Source: Pseudomonadota bacterium (GTDB lineage Bacteria; Desulfobacterota; RBG-13-43-22). From it: DNA of 41,081 bases. A program made the translations under genes and the position numbers. Positions within the stretch are counted from its first letter, which is position 1, and each line of letters begins with the position of its first letter. Shown one piece after another: positions 1 through 9,534 of this stretch. The stretch lies in assembly GCA_043798385.1 (NCBI GenBank), contig JAZDOU010000036.1, forward strand, positions 1 through 41,081, written 5' to 3'. Below the pieces are notes generated by a model. That model ran no database searches and was not told where the DNA came from. It saw nothing but the letters and a program-made list of their open reading frames with translations.

Positions 1-41
1 TCTTTCCGGATGAGAACATACCGTGGTCGATTTGTCTCCAT

Positions 42-75
42 GGCCAGAAACCCTTTGAAAAAGGGGTTTCTGGCC
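42..75. repeat. extragenic hairpin with a perfect 12-bp stem
   Basis: GGCCAGAAACCC (42-53) pairs perfectly with GGGTTTCTGGCC (64-75) around a 10-nt loop. There is no flanking T-run on either strand, so it is not a canonical terminator. Confidence 0.6.
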
Positions 76-99
76 AGAGCTTCGAGTCAGAATCCAGGT

Positions 100-135
100 G
101 TTTCCATCCGGAAATTTGAATTTCCGGATGGAAAC
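100..135. repeat. perfect 16-bp inverted repeat, either an operator-like site or a REP-like palindrome
   Basis: GTTTCCATCCGGAAAT (100-115), TTGA, ATTTCCGGATGGAAAC (120-135). It lies 80 nt upstream of the SDR start. The half-site TTTCCGGATGRRAA recurs at 3-17 and 24279-24292. Confidence 0.6.
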
Positions 136-214
136 TAAATAGCTCTATTCTCGACCCTTTCAACAATTGAGGGATCGTGTTGGACCCTGAGTATGGCCCA
201 ATAAGGAGGAAGCC

Positions 215-994
215 ATGAAGCTGAAACAAAAGGTAGCTGTTATCACCGGAGGGAACGCCGGAATTGGCCGTGTCATCGCTCTTCGGTTTGCTCAAGAAGG
301 GGCTTGCGTTTCGATTTGCGGGCGCAGGCGGGATCTGGTTGATAAGGTGGAAAACGAAATTAAAGAAGGCGGAGGCGAGGTGATCGGATTTGTGACCGAT
401 GTGGGCAGGGAAGAGGATGTGAAATCGATGGTAGCCCAAACGGTGGAGCGCTTCGGGACCATCGATATCCTAGTTAACAACGCTGCCGCCGAGGGGCCCA
501 CGGCACCGATTCATGAAATCGAAGGAAAAGACTGGCGAACCGTGGTCCATACCAATCTGAACGGTCTTTTCTATTGTACCAAATATGTTCTTCCCATCAT
601 GATTGGAAAAAGGTCAGGAAACATCCTGAACATCGGGTCCATCGCCGGAGTGTATGCCTATCCTCTCCGGACGCCTTACAATGCCACCAAGTGGGCCATA
701 GCGGGCGTCACCCAAACCATCGCCGCCGAGGTGGGCCCCCACAATATTCGATGCAATTGTCTTTCCCCCGGGCCCACGGAGGGAGACAGGGCCTTTAACG
801 TCATCCGGAAAAGGGCAGAGGCGACGGGCAAGACTTTCGAAGAGATGAAAAAATTCTACGATGACCAGATACCGATCCGGCGCTTTGTCACCCCCGAAGA
901 AGTAGCCAAGGCAGCACTGTTCTTGGTAACCGAAGAGTCGAGCGGGATGACGGCACAGCACATTTGTGTATCCGGAGGGATCGAGGTACTTTAG
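215..994 (+). CDS. short-chain dehydrogenase/reductase (SDR) family oxidoreductase
   Basis: 259-aa ORF with an AAGGAGGA RBS upstream. It has the TGGNAGIG Rossmann motif, NNAA, and the catalytic Y-x3-K (YNATK). Confidence 0.9.
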   Translation: MKLKQKVAVITGGNAGIGRVIALRFAQEGACVSICGRRRDLVDKVENEIKEGGGEVIGFVTDVGREEDVKSMVAQTVERFGTIDILVNNAAAEGPTAPIHEIEGKDWRTVVHTNLNGLFYCTKYVLPIMIGKRSGNILNIGSIAGVYAYPLRTPYNATKWAIAGVTQTIAAEVGPHNIRCNCLSPGPTEGDRAFNVIRKRAEATGKTFEEMKKFYDDQIPIRRFVTPEEVAKAALFLVTEESSGMTAQHICVSGGIEVL

Positions 995-1059
995 CCTTGG
1001 TGTAGCGGGCAATGAACACAAGGGAAGGAAAGTTGCCATCTAATTGAAGGGAGGCCGGC

Positions 1060-2445
1060 ATGTCGGAGCTGGAAGATAGAGGACGAGGAGGTACACTGAT
1101 TACCGGTGGAATTGTCGTCACAATGGATCCGGAGCGGAGGATTTTTCGAAACGGCGCTGTCCTGATTAAAGGGGATAAGATCGAAGCGGTGGGAAAGGCC
1201 GATAACCTGGAAGAGCGATACATAGAGGCGGACCGCTTTAATGCCGAGAATAAAGTGGTCCTTCCAGGATTCGTCGACACCCATGTGCATCTGTCGGAGC
1301 ATATAGTTCGAAGTCTTATCCCCGATGACAGAAATGATTGGATGTCCTGCTGGCTTATGCCCATATATGCATGTCTCTCCCCGGAGGACGAATATACATC
1401 GGCAATGCTCGCCTTCATTGAGATGATAAAAACAGGGACTACTACCTTTTGCGAGGCAGGAACCCTCATGCATCCGGAGGCCGCAACGGAGGCCCTAAAT
1501 ACAATCGGACTCAGGGGGATTTTGGGCAGATGGACATGGGACCCGGCTTCGGCCCCAGAGACCATGAAGCAGACAACCGGCCAAGCCTTGAAGGCAAATG
1601 AAACGTTTATAGAGCTGGTACGGAAGCTCTCGAACGACAGGATCACTGCCTGGCCTCTGATTATTGGAATGGGAACTGCATCGGAAAGGTTGCTGAGGGG
1701 TGCGAAGGCGCTTGCTGACGACCTTGGCCTCGGCATTGGGATGATGCACTCTTCAAGTATACCTTCCATGGAGACCCGCGACAGCATTAAATCTCTACGG
1801 GAGTTTGAAGGATGGGGGCTTCTCGGGAAGAAGCTGAAACTGACGCACATGGTCTACGTAGACGACGGTGAAATGGATCTATTAAAGCAGTATGAGGTTA
1901 AGATCAGTCACTGTCCCACCGCAGCGATGAAACACTGTAAAGGGTTGACCAAGTATGCAAGATTTCCTGAAATGCTCGACAAGGGTATATGTGTCTCTCT
2001 TGGTGCTGATAGCGCTAACAGTTCCGACCACAGCAATATGCTCAGAATCATGCAGGTGGTGGCCGGTCTCTACAAAGATATCCACATGAAGGAATCTGTC
2101 ATGCCCGCTGAGACGGTGCTGGAGATGGCCACGCTGCGTGGAGCGGAAGCACTGCTCATGGAGAAACAGATCGGCTCCATCGAACCGACAAAAAACGCCG
2201 ACCTCGTCCTGTTTGATCGAAACCATCCCGAGTGGAGGCCCCTGCTCAATATTCCCAATTCTATAGTTTACTCGGTCTCTGAAGCTAGTATCAGCACTGT
2301 TTTTATAGGCGGAGAGATCGTTCTCGACCAGGGAAAAATCAAAAATGTGGACGAAAACAAAATTTACAGAAAGGCTGACGAATTGGCCTTAAAGCTCATC
2401 AATAGAGCCAATCTTACTTTACCATCCAGGTGGCCTCTCATCTGA
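1060..2445 (+). CDS. amidohydrolase-superfamily protein (TRZ/ATZ or MtaD/SsnA-like deaminase or chlorohydrolase)
   Basis: 461-aa ORF with a GGGAGG RBS. The N-terminal VLPGFVDTHVHL (HxH metal-binding motif) is typical of this family. Confidence 0.85.
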   Translation: MSELEDRGRGGTLITGGIVVTMDPERRIFRNGAVLIKGDKIEAVGKADNLEERYIEADRFNAENKVVLPGFVDTHVHLSEHIVRSLIPDDRNDWMSCWLMPIYACLSPEDEYTSAMLAFIEMIKTGTTTFCEAGTLMHPEAATEALNTIGLRGILGRWTWDPASAPETMKQTTGQALKANETFIELVRKLSNDRITAWPLIIGMGTASERLLRGAKALADDLGLGIGMMHSSSIPSMETRDSIKSLREFEGWGLLGKKLKLTHMVYVDDGEMDLLKQYEVKISHCPTAAMKHCKGLTKYARFPEMLDKGICVSLGADSANSSDHSNMLRIMQVVAGLYKDIHMKESVMPAETVLEMATLRGAEALLMEKQIGSIEPTKNADLVLFDRNHPEWRPLLNIPNSIVYSVSEASISTVFIGGEIVLDQGKIKNVDENKIYRKADELALKLINRANLTLPSRWPLI

Positions 2446-2587
2446 GAACCTTTGCGTACACTTTTTAATAAACCTTTCGTAATTCAGGCCTATTGCATGA
2501 GTCTGGGAAGAGGGAGGAATTTAATTGGGTAGTTATACGAGTTTTGTCTTCCGGCTACCAAGAAGAATCGGCCAGTCCTCCGGCACC

Positions 2588-2626
2588 AAAAAAAACGGCC
2601 GTTTTCAGCAAAGAAAATGGCCGTTT
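2588..2626 (-). terminator. intrinsic terminator ending the acs operon, possibly bidirectional
   Basis: On the - strand the stem AACGGCCATTTTC/GAAAACGGCCGTT is followed by T8. It sits 90 nt downstream of the acsE stop. Confidence 0.6.
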
Positions 2627-2673
2627 GGTAACTAATTGGTAAGTTAAGCGCTTCTGTTAAAGTTTATCTCTGG

Positions 2674-2703
2674 ATTCCGGGTCGCGCTTCGCTTGCCCGG
2701 AAT
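2674..2703. repeat. REP-like GC-rich hairpin
   Basis: ATTCCGGG (14-nt loop) CCCGGAAT, followed by GAC. It lies between the acsE stop and the terminator. Confidence 0.5.
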
Positions 2704-2715
2704 GACGAGAATGGC

Positions 2716-3594
2716 TTAGATTTCCAGCCAGGAATCGGAATACAGGGTATGTCCCAGGATGACCTTGGCCGTTTTGACATAGTCCACCATCTCTTTGGAG
2801 AGGCCGCCCATGTCAAGGGTTTCCCCATCCATGACTTTATGGACTATCTCGACGATATCCGGACGGTTGCCTCGAGCGATGTCCATGATCTTGTCATCAA
2901 AGGCGTCTATGATGCAGGAATACATGCCGTGGCGTTCCAGCATGATCATGTAGGTCTGATTCAGAATGGGCCGCAGGTGATCCGGGGGCCCGTTGGAGAC
3001 ATTGGACAAGCCGCAGGTGGATTTGGCCCCTGGGGCGATGTCCTGAAGCATGCTCATAAAGGTTAAGGTGCTCATCAATTGCTGCTGCTGAATGTTGACC
3101 GGGGTAATGATGGGATCCACAAAGATGTCTTCGTTGGGAATTCCGGCCTCATTGGCCGCATAGAGCAATTCCGCCGCTAAAGCCCCCCGCTCGTTCTCGT
3201 CTCGGGGAAGGCCATCGGGCCCCCAGAGCAGGGCGATCATGTAGGCCCCATACTTCTGGCAGATAGGCAACATGGCCGTGTAGCGTTCCGGGCGGGCCAT
3301 AATGGAATTTATGATGGCCTTTCCCTTATGGACCTTAAGACCGGCTTCAATAGCCGCAATATTAGAGGTGTCCAGGGCCAAAGGAATATCGGTGACTTCC
3401 TGAACGGTCTGGACGACCCAGGCCATCAGTTCTTCCCCACCCTTTCGGGCCGGTCCGAGATTGATATCAATAAAAGTTGGCTTGGCTTTAGCCAAGTTCT
3501 CGGCCATCTCTCGAATGGGCTTGGGATCTTTTTCTTTAAACGCCCGCCCTATCCCTTTATTGATGACGTTGAGATTCTCGCCTATTGTAAACAT
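2716..3594 (-). CDS. acsE: methyltetrahydrofolate:corrinoid/iron-sulfur protein Co-methyltransferase
   Basis: 292-aa ORF with an AAGGAGAA RBS. It is a pterin-binding (DHPS-like) domain protein and the last gene of the acs cluster. Confidence 0.88.
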   Translation of the reverse strand: MFTIGENLNVINKGIGRAFKEKDPKPIREMAENLAKAKPTFIDINLGPARKGGEELMAWVVQTVQEVTDIPLALDTSNIAAIEAGLKVHKGKAIINSIMARPERYTAMLPICQKYGAYMIALLWGPDGLPRDENERGALAAELLYAANEAGIPNEDIFVDPIITPVNIQQQQLMSTLTFMSMLQDIAPGAKSTCGLSNVSNGPPDHLRPILNQTYMIMLERHGMYSCIIDAFDDKIMDIARGNRPDIVEIVHKVMDGETLDMGGLSKEMVDYVKTAKVILGHTLYSDSWLEI

Positions 3595-3619
3595 AATGTT
3601 CTCCTTTGTTTTTAGCTGA

Positions 3620-3654
3620 AAGTTAAAAGCTAAAAGGTTCGTCCCTTTTAACTT
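3620..3654 (-). promoter_or_regulatory. intercistronic stem-loop between acsC and acsE
   Basis: Perfect 10-bp stem AAGTTAAAAG/CTTTTAACTT with a 15-nt loop, inside the 77-nt spacer. Confidence 0.4.
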
Positions 3655-3671
3655 TGAGCCTTGAGCCTTCT

Positions 3672-5015
3672 TTATTTCAGTTCTCGCAGGAATTTGGGAA
3701 TGTGGGCCGCTTCCCGAGGACCGACTTTAATCGTCCAGCCCGGCAATTCCTCTTCCAAATCCCCGGCGATGGAGGCCGCATACCCTGGGATAATCAAATT
3801 GCGGTGCTTAACCTTATCGGCAATCCCGCTTTTCTTAATAAAGATCCCCACGGCATCACCGACGAATTTGCCGGCAGCCCAGGCCGTCATAACGGACAAG
3901 CCTTCGGTATCCATAATACAGAGCCAGGTAGGTATCCGGCTGCTTTCAATCTCCCCGGAAACGATAAAATACGTTAAGGAGAAATTGGAGGTGACACACA
4001 CCGGGGAATTTTCATCCGGTCCATTGATTTCAAAAATGCCCTGGGTTACGGTCATCGGACGTTGCGGATCGGTAAAGATATTTAAGCGCTCCAGAAGGAG
4101 TGGAAAGATGGCTTGACCTTCGAAATCGGAAAAGACCACCACCCCCCCGTATTTGGCTACCATGACGGCTCCCATAAGGGTCTCCGTTTCCAGGTCTTTG
4201 GCCATTTCAAAGGGCAGACAGATAGTGGGAAACCCTAAGCCTTTCTCTTTTCCTGAAAGGGCGGCCCGACGAATAGAGATCTGGTCTTCAAAGACCTGCT
4301 TAATGGCCCTGGCCCCGGAATCCAGGACCAGATCCTTTAGGCCGGCCTGGGTCAGCTTAGCCGTCAGATCAATTAATCCCGCCAAACCTTCTCCTTTGAC
4401 AGCCAGGGGGCAGTTGGCTTCTTTGGCTAAATCGGCCATGGCCTGCCAGTTGTCCTTGGTAGCGGCATAGAGCAGGGGCTTGCCACCGGGACAGGCCGAT
4501 AGCCCTTCCTTGAGGACTTCGGGTTTTTCACTCATTAAAATCAGGCTAAAATTGCTGGTCTCGGCAACCTGTTGAACAGTTTTTTTGAACTTGCCGGCAT
4601 CTCCGGCCATATCTTTAACGGCCACCAGTTCGGGCCTTAAGGTCAAGCCGACCCGTTCATATTGAAAGGTATCCCATTTTCTTAGTTTGGCCGAAATAAC
4701 ATCCTCCCCCATGTCGGTGGTCACCAGGGCACCAAATCCGGTCGGATTAAAGAAGGTCTTTTCATGTCTAAAAAGAACCGTTTCTCCTCCGGTTTTTACC
4801 GCATGATCGCCGGATCCGATGGTTAATGGGCGGATGGGTGGGGCCGATGCCTCGGCCAGCAGCGCCTTAGCTTCTTCAGAAACATAGGGGCAGGAGGCCA
4901 GTTCCGCCTTTCCGGAGGCCAAATTCATGGCAAAGGCCAGACAGGTTGGCACCCCGCATTCCCCACAGTTGGTTTTGGGCAGCAGCTTGAAGATCTGAAT
5001 CCCTGTTAATCCCAT
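3672..5015 (-). CDS. acsC: corrinoid iron-sulfur protein large (gamma) subunit
   Basis: 447-aa ORF with an AAGGAGA RBS. The N-terminal CGECGVPTC...C motif binds the [4Fe-4S] cluster. Length and operon position match AcsC. Confidence 0.92.
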   Translation of the reverse strand: MGLTGIQIFKLLPKTNCGECGVPTCLAFAMNLASGKAELASCPYVSEEAKALLAEASAPPIRPLTIGSGDHAVKTGGETVLFRHEKTFFNPTGFGALVTTDMGEDVISAKLRKWDTFQYERVGLTLRPELVAVKDMAGDAGKFKKTVQQVAETSNFSLILMSEKPEVLKEGLSACPGGKPLLYAATKDNWQAMADLAKEANCPLAVKGEGLAGLIDLTAKLTQAGLKDLVLDSGARAIKQVFEDQISIRRAALSGKEKGLGFPTICLPFEMAKDLETETLMGAVMVAKYGGVVVFSDFEGQAIFPLLLERLNIFTDPQRPMTVTQGIFEINGPDENSPVCVTSNFSLTYFIVSGEIESSRIPTWLCIMDTEGLSVMTAWAAGKFVGDAVGIFIKKSGIADKVKHRNLIIPGYAASIAGDLEEELPGWTIKVGPREAAHIPKFLRELK

Positions 5016-5058
5016 GCTCGTCTCCTTTTATATATAAAATAATTAGCTTTTAGCGATC

Positions 5059-5161
5059 AGCAGTCAGTAAAAATGTTTTGAATCGGTTGTCCGCTGACTG
5101 CTTATGGCTAAAGGCTTTATGGCTATAATACCTCCGGGCCCCGAAAGATCGGAGCCCGGAG
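5059..5161 (-). promoter_or_regulatory. two intercistronic stem-loops between acsB and acsC
   Basis: First stem is AGCAGTCAG/CTGACTGCT (5059-5102). Second stem is CTCCGGGC/GCCCGGAG (5132-5161). Both lie in the 155-nt spacer. Confidence 0.4.
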
Positions 5162-5170
5162 TGTTTATGG

Positions 5171-7384
5171 TTAACCGACAATAGACTCCATTGACACGGC
5201 CGGATGACCTTTTTCCTGAAGCCAGGGCAAAATCTCATCTTCGGTAGTCCCGACGGTCTCGTCGGCGATCATATCGACTAAGTTCGGGTAACCGAGTTGT
5301 TCGCCTCGTTTAATCAGGCGCTCCCGGATCTCCTCTTTAAGTTGCTTGGGCATCCAGACCATGCGGAGAAGACCGCCGTCTCCGGTAATGAATTTCCCTT
5401 GAGTCACATTGAACTTGCTGTGGCCCACAAATCCCGGAGAAGAGGCCCCGCCGCCCATGACCCCGGCCAGGGTGGTGAACTTCATCCCTGAGGGCGTCAT
5501 ACCGGTATAGTCCCGGTTGACGGTCATGACCCCGTTACAGGTCGGAAGTACCGCGGCAATACATTCGCAGCAACCGCAGGTGGTCATGGGATCATAGACC
5601 AGTCTGTGGAAGTTATAACCGGCCACCTTTTGGCGGGAGGCCTTGTAAACGAAATCGTTGACCCCCTTCCACTGGCCCAGCTTGGGATCCAGGCACTCCC
5701 CTTTTTGAACCGGCTGGTTCGGACCGGTCGGGTTGATCTCAAAAGAAGCCTTGCAGTCCATCCAGTTATAGGCCCCGCAGAGACCGGTCCGTTCCGGGCT
5801 GACCATGCAGACATGGTTGGGGGCAAAGGACTGGCACAAGGTACAGGAATAATAGGTTTCCACGCTCTCGTCGGTCATCTTCTCGACCCGTTCATCACGG
5901 GTCCGATAAATCGCCCGGGCCTTCTTGGTCAGCTTGTCCACATCCTCTTTTTTGGTATACAGGGTGACCTGGACCTTATCCAGGATGGCCCCGAAGTCCT
6001 GATGAAATTTGGCATGGATGATGACCCCGATATCCTTCAAGGTAAATCCCTTCTGGACGGCCGGCTCCCCCACCCGAACCCAGGCAATATCCCTTTGTCC
6101 GATATGCATAATGCCCTGGGCATAGTTGATCAGGTGATGGATCTGCCGCTCTAAAATGGGTTCAAAATCCTCCTGCATCTGACGGCCGGCCACCTGGACC
6201 AAGATGCCTAAGGGCAGCCGTTCCCCTTTTTTGATATCCGCGACATCCTTACCGACGACTTCTACTTTTCCGTCCTCAATGGCATTCATATCAGCCAGTT
6301 GGACCAGCTCGGTGGCCTGGGTCTTGCCGCCGCCCATCTCCAGATACAGGTCTTCTTTCCGGACCCGTTCCCCTTCAAAGGCCGGTCCGTAGGCCAGAGG
6401 AATGTCCACATTGGCTACCGTTACTTTCAGGCCCCGGATTTCAATGGATCTCTGGGGCATTTCCCGGTGACCCACATTGGCCACCACGTGCTCATAAGTA
6501 CAAACACCGGTGGGTAAAATCTCCGGGATGTCCGTATCGGCGATGGTCGGAAAACCCCAGTTGACGCAACCGGCGGCATTGGCCGCCCACTCGGCTCCGA
6601 CATCCCCCAGGGCATTGACAAAGGCGAAGATACGATCCTTATTATAGAGCAACATCTTTTTAAAATCGCCGGGCTTGATCCCGCCAAAGGCCATGGCCGC
6701 CCGGTTGGCAAAACCAAGGGCGAAGACCGCGGCCGAGATATCGGGGCCGAAGGGCACCAGACGGGTGTTCCAGCCGATCTGGACCCCGGCTTCTATGAGC
6801 TGTTCTGAAAAGGTGGTCCCGTTCTGATTGGCACACATAAACACATAAAGGTTCTTTTTCTGATATTCTTCGGCGATCCACTTGGCCGTCTCCGGATCCG
6901 GGGCCGCGCCGACGATGGCTGCAAAACCCGGGGCCGTTCCATCCACAAACTCCACACCCCGTTTGCGGAAGACCGTATCCTCGGCTGCTCCCAGCCAGAT
7001 CTTGCCGGAGGCCTCATCAATATCTTCACTGACTAAGTAGAAATTGGGGTCCTCCAGATACCGAATGGCCTCAGCCACCTCCTCAGCGAAAAGGGTGGCC
7101 ATACCGGCATCGAGTAAGGGCCCCAGATAGGGCAGATGGTACGTATTCTTGACATGGGCCGGCAGGAGTTTTCTGGCTATCTCCATGGGTTTCTTGGCAT
7201 CGCCCAGGGTCTTGACCGGGATACCCAGAATGGAATAGATGATCGGCAGATAATAAGCGGTATTGGGAAACTCGATTTTCTGATCCGGCCCGTATTTATC
7301 CAGGGCCTTTTTCAAAGTCCCCTCTCCTTTGGAAACGATATTATATGCGCCCTGAATGGCGGCAAAAGCGACTAATTTTGACAT
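5171..7384 (-). CDS. acsB: acetyl-CoA synthase (CODH/ACS A-cluster subunit)
   Basis: 737-aa ORF with a GGAGGAA RBS. A-cluster cysteines are present: SCTLCQSFAPNHVC...GLCG and the Cys-Gly-Cys Ni site within TTCGCCEC. Confidence 0.95.
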   Translation of the reverse strand: MSKLVAFAAIQGAYNIVSKGEGTLKKALDKYGPDQKIEFPNTAYYLPIIYSILGIPVKTLGDAKKPMEIARKLLPAHVKNTYHLPYLGPLLDAGMATLFAEEVAEAIRYLEDPNFYLVSEDIDEASGKIWLGAAEDTVFRKRGVEFVDGTAPGFAAIVGAAPDPETAKWIAEEYQKKNLYVFMCANQNGTTFSEQLIEAGVQIGWNTRLVPFGPDISAAVFALGFANRAAMAFGGIKPGDFKKMLLYNKDRIFAFVNALGDVGAEWAANAAGCVNWGFPTIADTDIPEILPTGVCTYEHVVANVGHREMPQRSIEIRGLKVTVANVDIPLAYGPAFEGERVRKEDLYLEMGGGKTQATELVQLADMNAIEDGKVEVVGKDVADIKKGERLPLGILVQVAGRQMQEDFEPILERQIHHLINYAQGIMHIGQRDIAWVRVGEPAVQKGFTLKDIGVIIHAKFHQDFGAILDKVQVTLYTKKEDVDKLTKKARAIYRTRDERVEKMTDESVETYYSCTLCQSFAPNHVCMVSPERTGLCGAYNWMDCKASFEINPTGPNQPVQKGECLDPKLGQWKGVNDFVYKASRQKVAGYNFHRLVYDPMTTCGCCECIAAVLPTCNGVMTVNRDYTGMTPSGMKFTTLAGVMGGGASSPGFVGHSKFNVTQGKFITGDGGLLRMVWMPKQLKEEIRERLIKRGEQLGYPNLVDMIADETVGTTEDEILPWLQEKGHPAVSMESIVG

Positions 7385-7426
7385 GGAACACGTTCCTCCT
7401 TTCTTAAGAGGTCATTTTAATAATAG

Positions 7427-9469
7427 TTATACTGCTTCCAGCTTCTGCCGGTCAGCCATATCCATAAGCACCCGCTCCCTGGCCTTGTCAATACCCAAGG
7501 CCTTGCGTTTGGCATCAATATGGGCAATCATCCTGCGGGCCATCTCATAGGGGTCTTCGACCAGATCCCATTTGCCCCCCAAGACATTTTCCATACCGTT
7601 GAATAAATAGTCTTTGAAGACCGGTGCCCCTTCCACAGGCAGAGTGACCCCAAAGACCGTATAGACCCCGGAAGCCACAAAATAGTGCCCGATGGAGATG
7701 GCCTTTTCACTCATCCATTCCGGGGCGCACCCGGCCGCCGGGAGATCACTGATGTCATTTCCCAAGCCTCCGGCCTTAACCACTTCGGTGGCAGCCATCA
7801 GGATACGGCTGTTATCCACGCAGGAGCCCATGTGCAGGACCGGCGGGATACCGACGGTCTCACAGACCTCGGCCAGGCCGGGGCCGCAATAGACTTTAGC
7901 GGATTCGGGCGAAAGTAAACCGGCCTTGCCGCAGGCCATGGCATTACAGCCGGTGGTCAGGACAATGACATCGTTTTTCAACAGTTCCTTAACGACGATC
8001 AAATGGTCGCTGTCGTGCATGGTCCGGGCATTGTTACAACCGACCACCCCGCCGATCCCCCGGATCCGTCCGTTGATGATGTTATCATTCAAGGGGGTAT
8101 AAGATCCCCGGAAGGTCCCGCCCAGATGGTAGTTGATCGATTCATAGCTGAACCCGGCCACCATTTTTTCTTTTATGTTGGGAATCAAGACGTCCGCCCG
8201 ACGATTGGGGAAGTTATCAATGGCGGTTTTGACGATCCGTTTGGCGTCTTCCAGGGCATGGTGTTCGTCAAATTGAATATGAATGGTATCCCCGGATTTT
8301 ATTTTAGCCCGGGGATTGGTGGTGATTATTTTGGTGTGGTAGCATTGAGCCACGTTGGCAATATTTTCCATGATACACTGGACATCGACCACCATGGCCT
8401 CCACGGCCCCGGTGATAATGGCCAGTTCCTGCTGCAGATAGTTTCCGGCAATCGGCATGCCATGGCGCATCAAGACCTCATTGGCCGTGCAACACATACC
8501 GGCCAGGGTAATCCCCTTGGCGCCTTTAGTGGCTGCATACTGAATCATCTCCGGATCCTGGGCGGCGACCACGATCATCTCGGAAAGCAGGGGTTCATGG
8601 CCATGGATGATGATATTGACCTGGTCCTGTTTCAGCACCCCAAGATTGATCTCCCCGTGAATGGGATAGGGGGTTCCAAAAAGGACATCCTGTAAATCCG
8701 TGGCGATCATGGACCCGCCCCAGCCGTCGGCCAGAGCGGCCCGGGAGCCTTGTTTCATCAGGTTTTCATAGTCCTGATCCACCCCCATATGGGTGCGGTG
8801 CATGATCTCGACGATCTCCCGGTCAATTCCACGGGGGACGATATCCAATTTTTTCCAGAGATCATACCGCGCCTTGGGGGCCCGTTTGGCATAAAAAATC
8901 TCGCCTTCCTGTTTGCCCCATTCCGCCAAGGCCTTTTCTCCGACTTCGGCGGCGATATCATAGATATCCCGGTCTTTTTCTTCACCATCAACCGTAACAG
9001 TGGTGGCGACATTAAAGTCCCCGGCGATTTCTTTCAATTTATTCTCATCTTTAATAGTATAATCATGGGTTTGTTTCCGTGCTGCCGCCAGAAAAACCTC
9101 GGCCACCCCCCGGCCGTGATCGGAGTGGGCCGCGGCCCCGGCAGCGATCATGCGGACAAAATTACGGGCGGCGATGGTCTCCGGGGTGGCCCCGCAGAGT
9201 CCCATCCTCATATCCTTTCCTTCCAGATCCTTCTTGGTTAAAGGAAGGCGGCAGGGTCCCTGGGAACAATTTTTACAACAGGTCCCTTGAACGCCGATAT
9301 TACAGGCCTTCATGGTCTCGGCCCGGTCAAAGATCGTTTCTACTCCATCCTTCTGGGCCTTATAAAGCATCTGGATGGTGGCCGGATCAACGCTCTTGTC
9401 TTCCGGTTTGATCTTTTTCTTTTCTTTTTCCACAACCTTCAAAGTTTCTTTGGCTTCTTCTGATGCCAT
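7427..9469 (-). CDS. acsA: anaerobic Ni-dependent carbon monoxide dehydrogenase catalytic subunit
   Basis: Cys motifs CCKNCSQGPC, HGHEP, GMCCT, GCNN and GSCVDN are present. I prefer the ATG at 9469, which is preceded by a perfect AAGGAGG. The track ORF extends to a TTG at 9490, which falls inside that RBS. Confidence 0.93.
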   Translation of the reverse strand: MASEEAKETLKVVEKEKKKIKPEDKSVDPATIQMLYKAQKDGVETIFDRAETMKACNIGVQGTCCKNCSQGPCRLPLTKKDLEGKDMRMGLCGATPETIAARNFVRMIAAGAAAHSDHGRGVAEVFLAAARKQTHDYTIKDENKLKEIAGDFNVATTVTVDGEEKDRDIYDIAAEVGEKALAEWGKQEGEIFYAKRAPKARYDLWKKLDIVPRGIDREIVEIMHRTHMGVDQDYENLMKQGSRAALADGWGGSMIATDLQDVLFGTPYPIHGEINLGVLKQDQVNIIIHGHEPLLSEMIVVAAQDPEMIQYAATKGAKGITLAGMCCTANEVLMRHGMPIAGNYLQQELAIITGAVEAMVVDVQCIMENIANVAQCYHTKIITTNPRAKIKSGDTIHIQFDEHHALEDAKRIVKTAIDNFPNRRADVLIPNIKEKMVAGFSYESINYHLGGTFRGSYTPLNDNIINGRIRGIGGVVGCNNARTMHDSDHLIVVKELLKNDVIVLTTGCNAMACGKAGLLSPESAKVYCGPGLAEVCETVGIPPVLHMGSCVDNSRILMAATEVVKAGGLGNDISDLPAAGCAPEWMSEKAISIGHYFVASGVYTVFGVTLPVEGAPVFKDYLFNGMENVLGGKWDLVEDPYEMARRMIAHIDAKRKALGIDKARERVLMDMADRQKLEAV

Positions 9470-9534
9470 ATTTTGTTCCTCCTTACTCAAAAAGTCTTAT
9501 GGGATTATCTTCTGAGCTTGTATAAATGAAAATT

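Noticed and set aside
888-1850. Long antisense ORFs inside well-supported genes: 888-1850 (-), 5606-6154 (+), 8003-8695 (+), 20068-20631 (-), 38003-38668 (+) and 28045-28518 (-).
   Set aside because: Each lies entirely opposite a gene with strong family motifs. They have low-complexity or Arg/Gly/Pro-rich composition and no RBS. They are typical shadow ORFs of GC-rich coding sequence.
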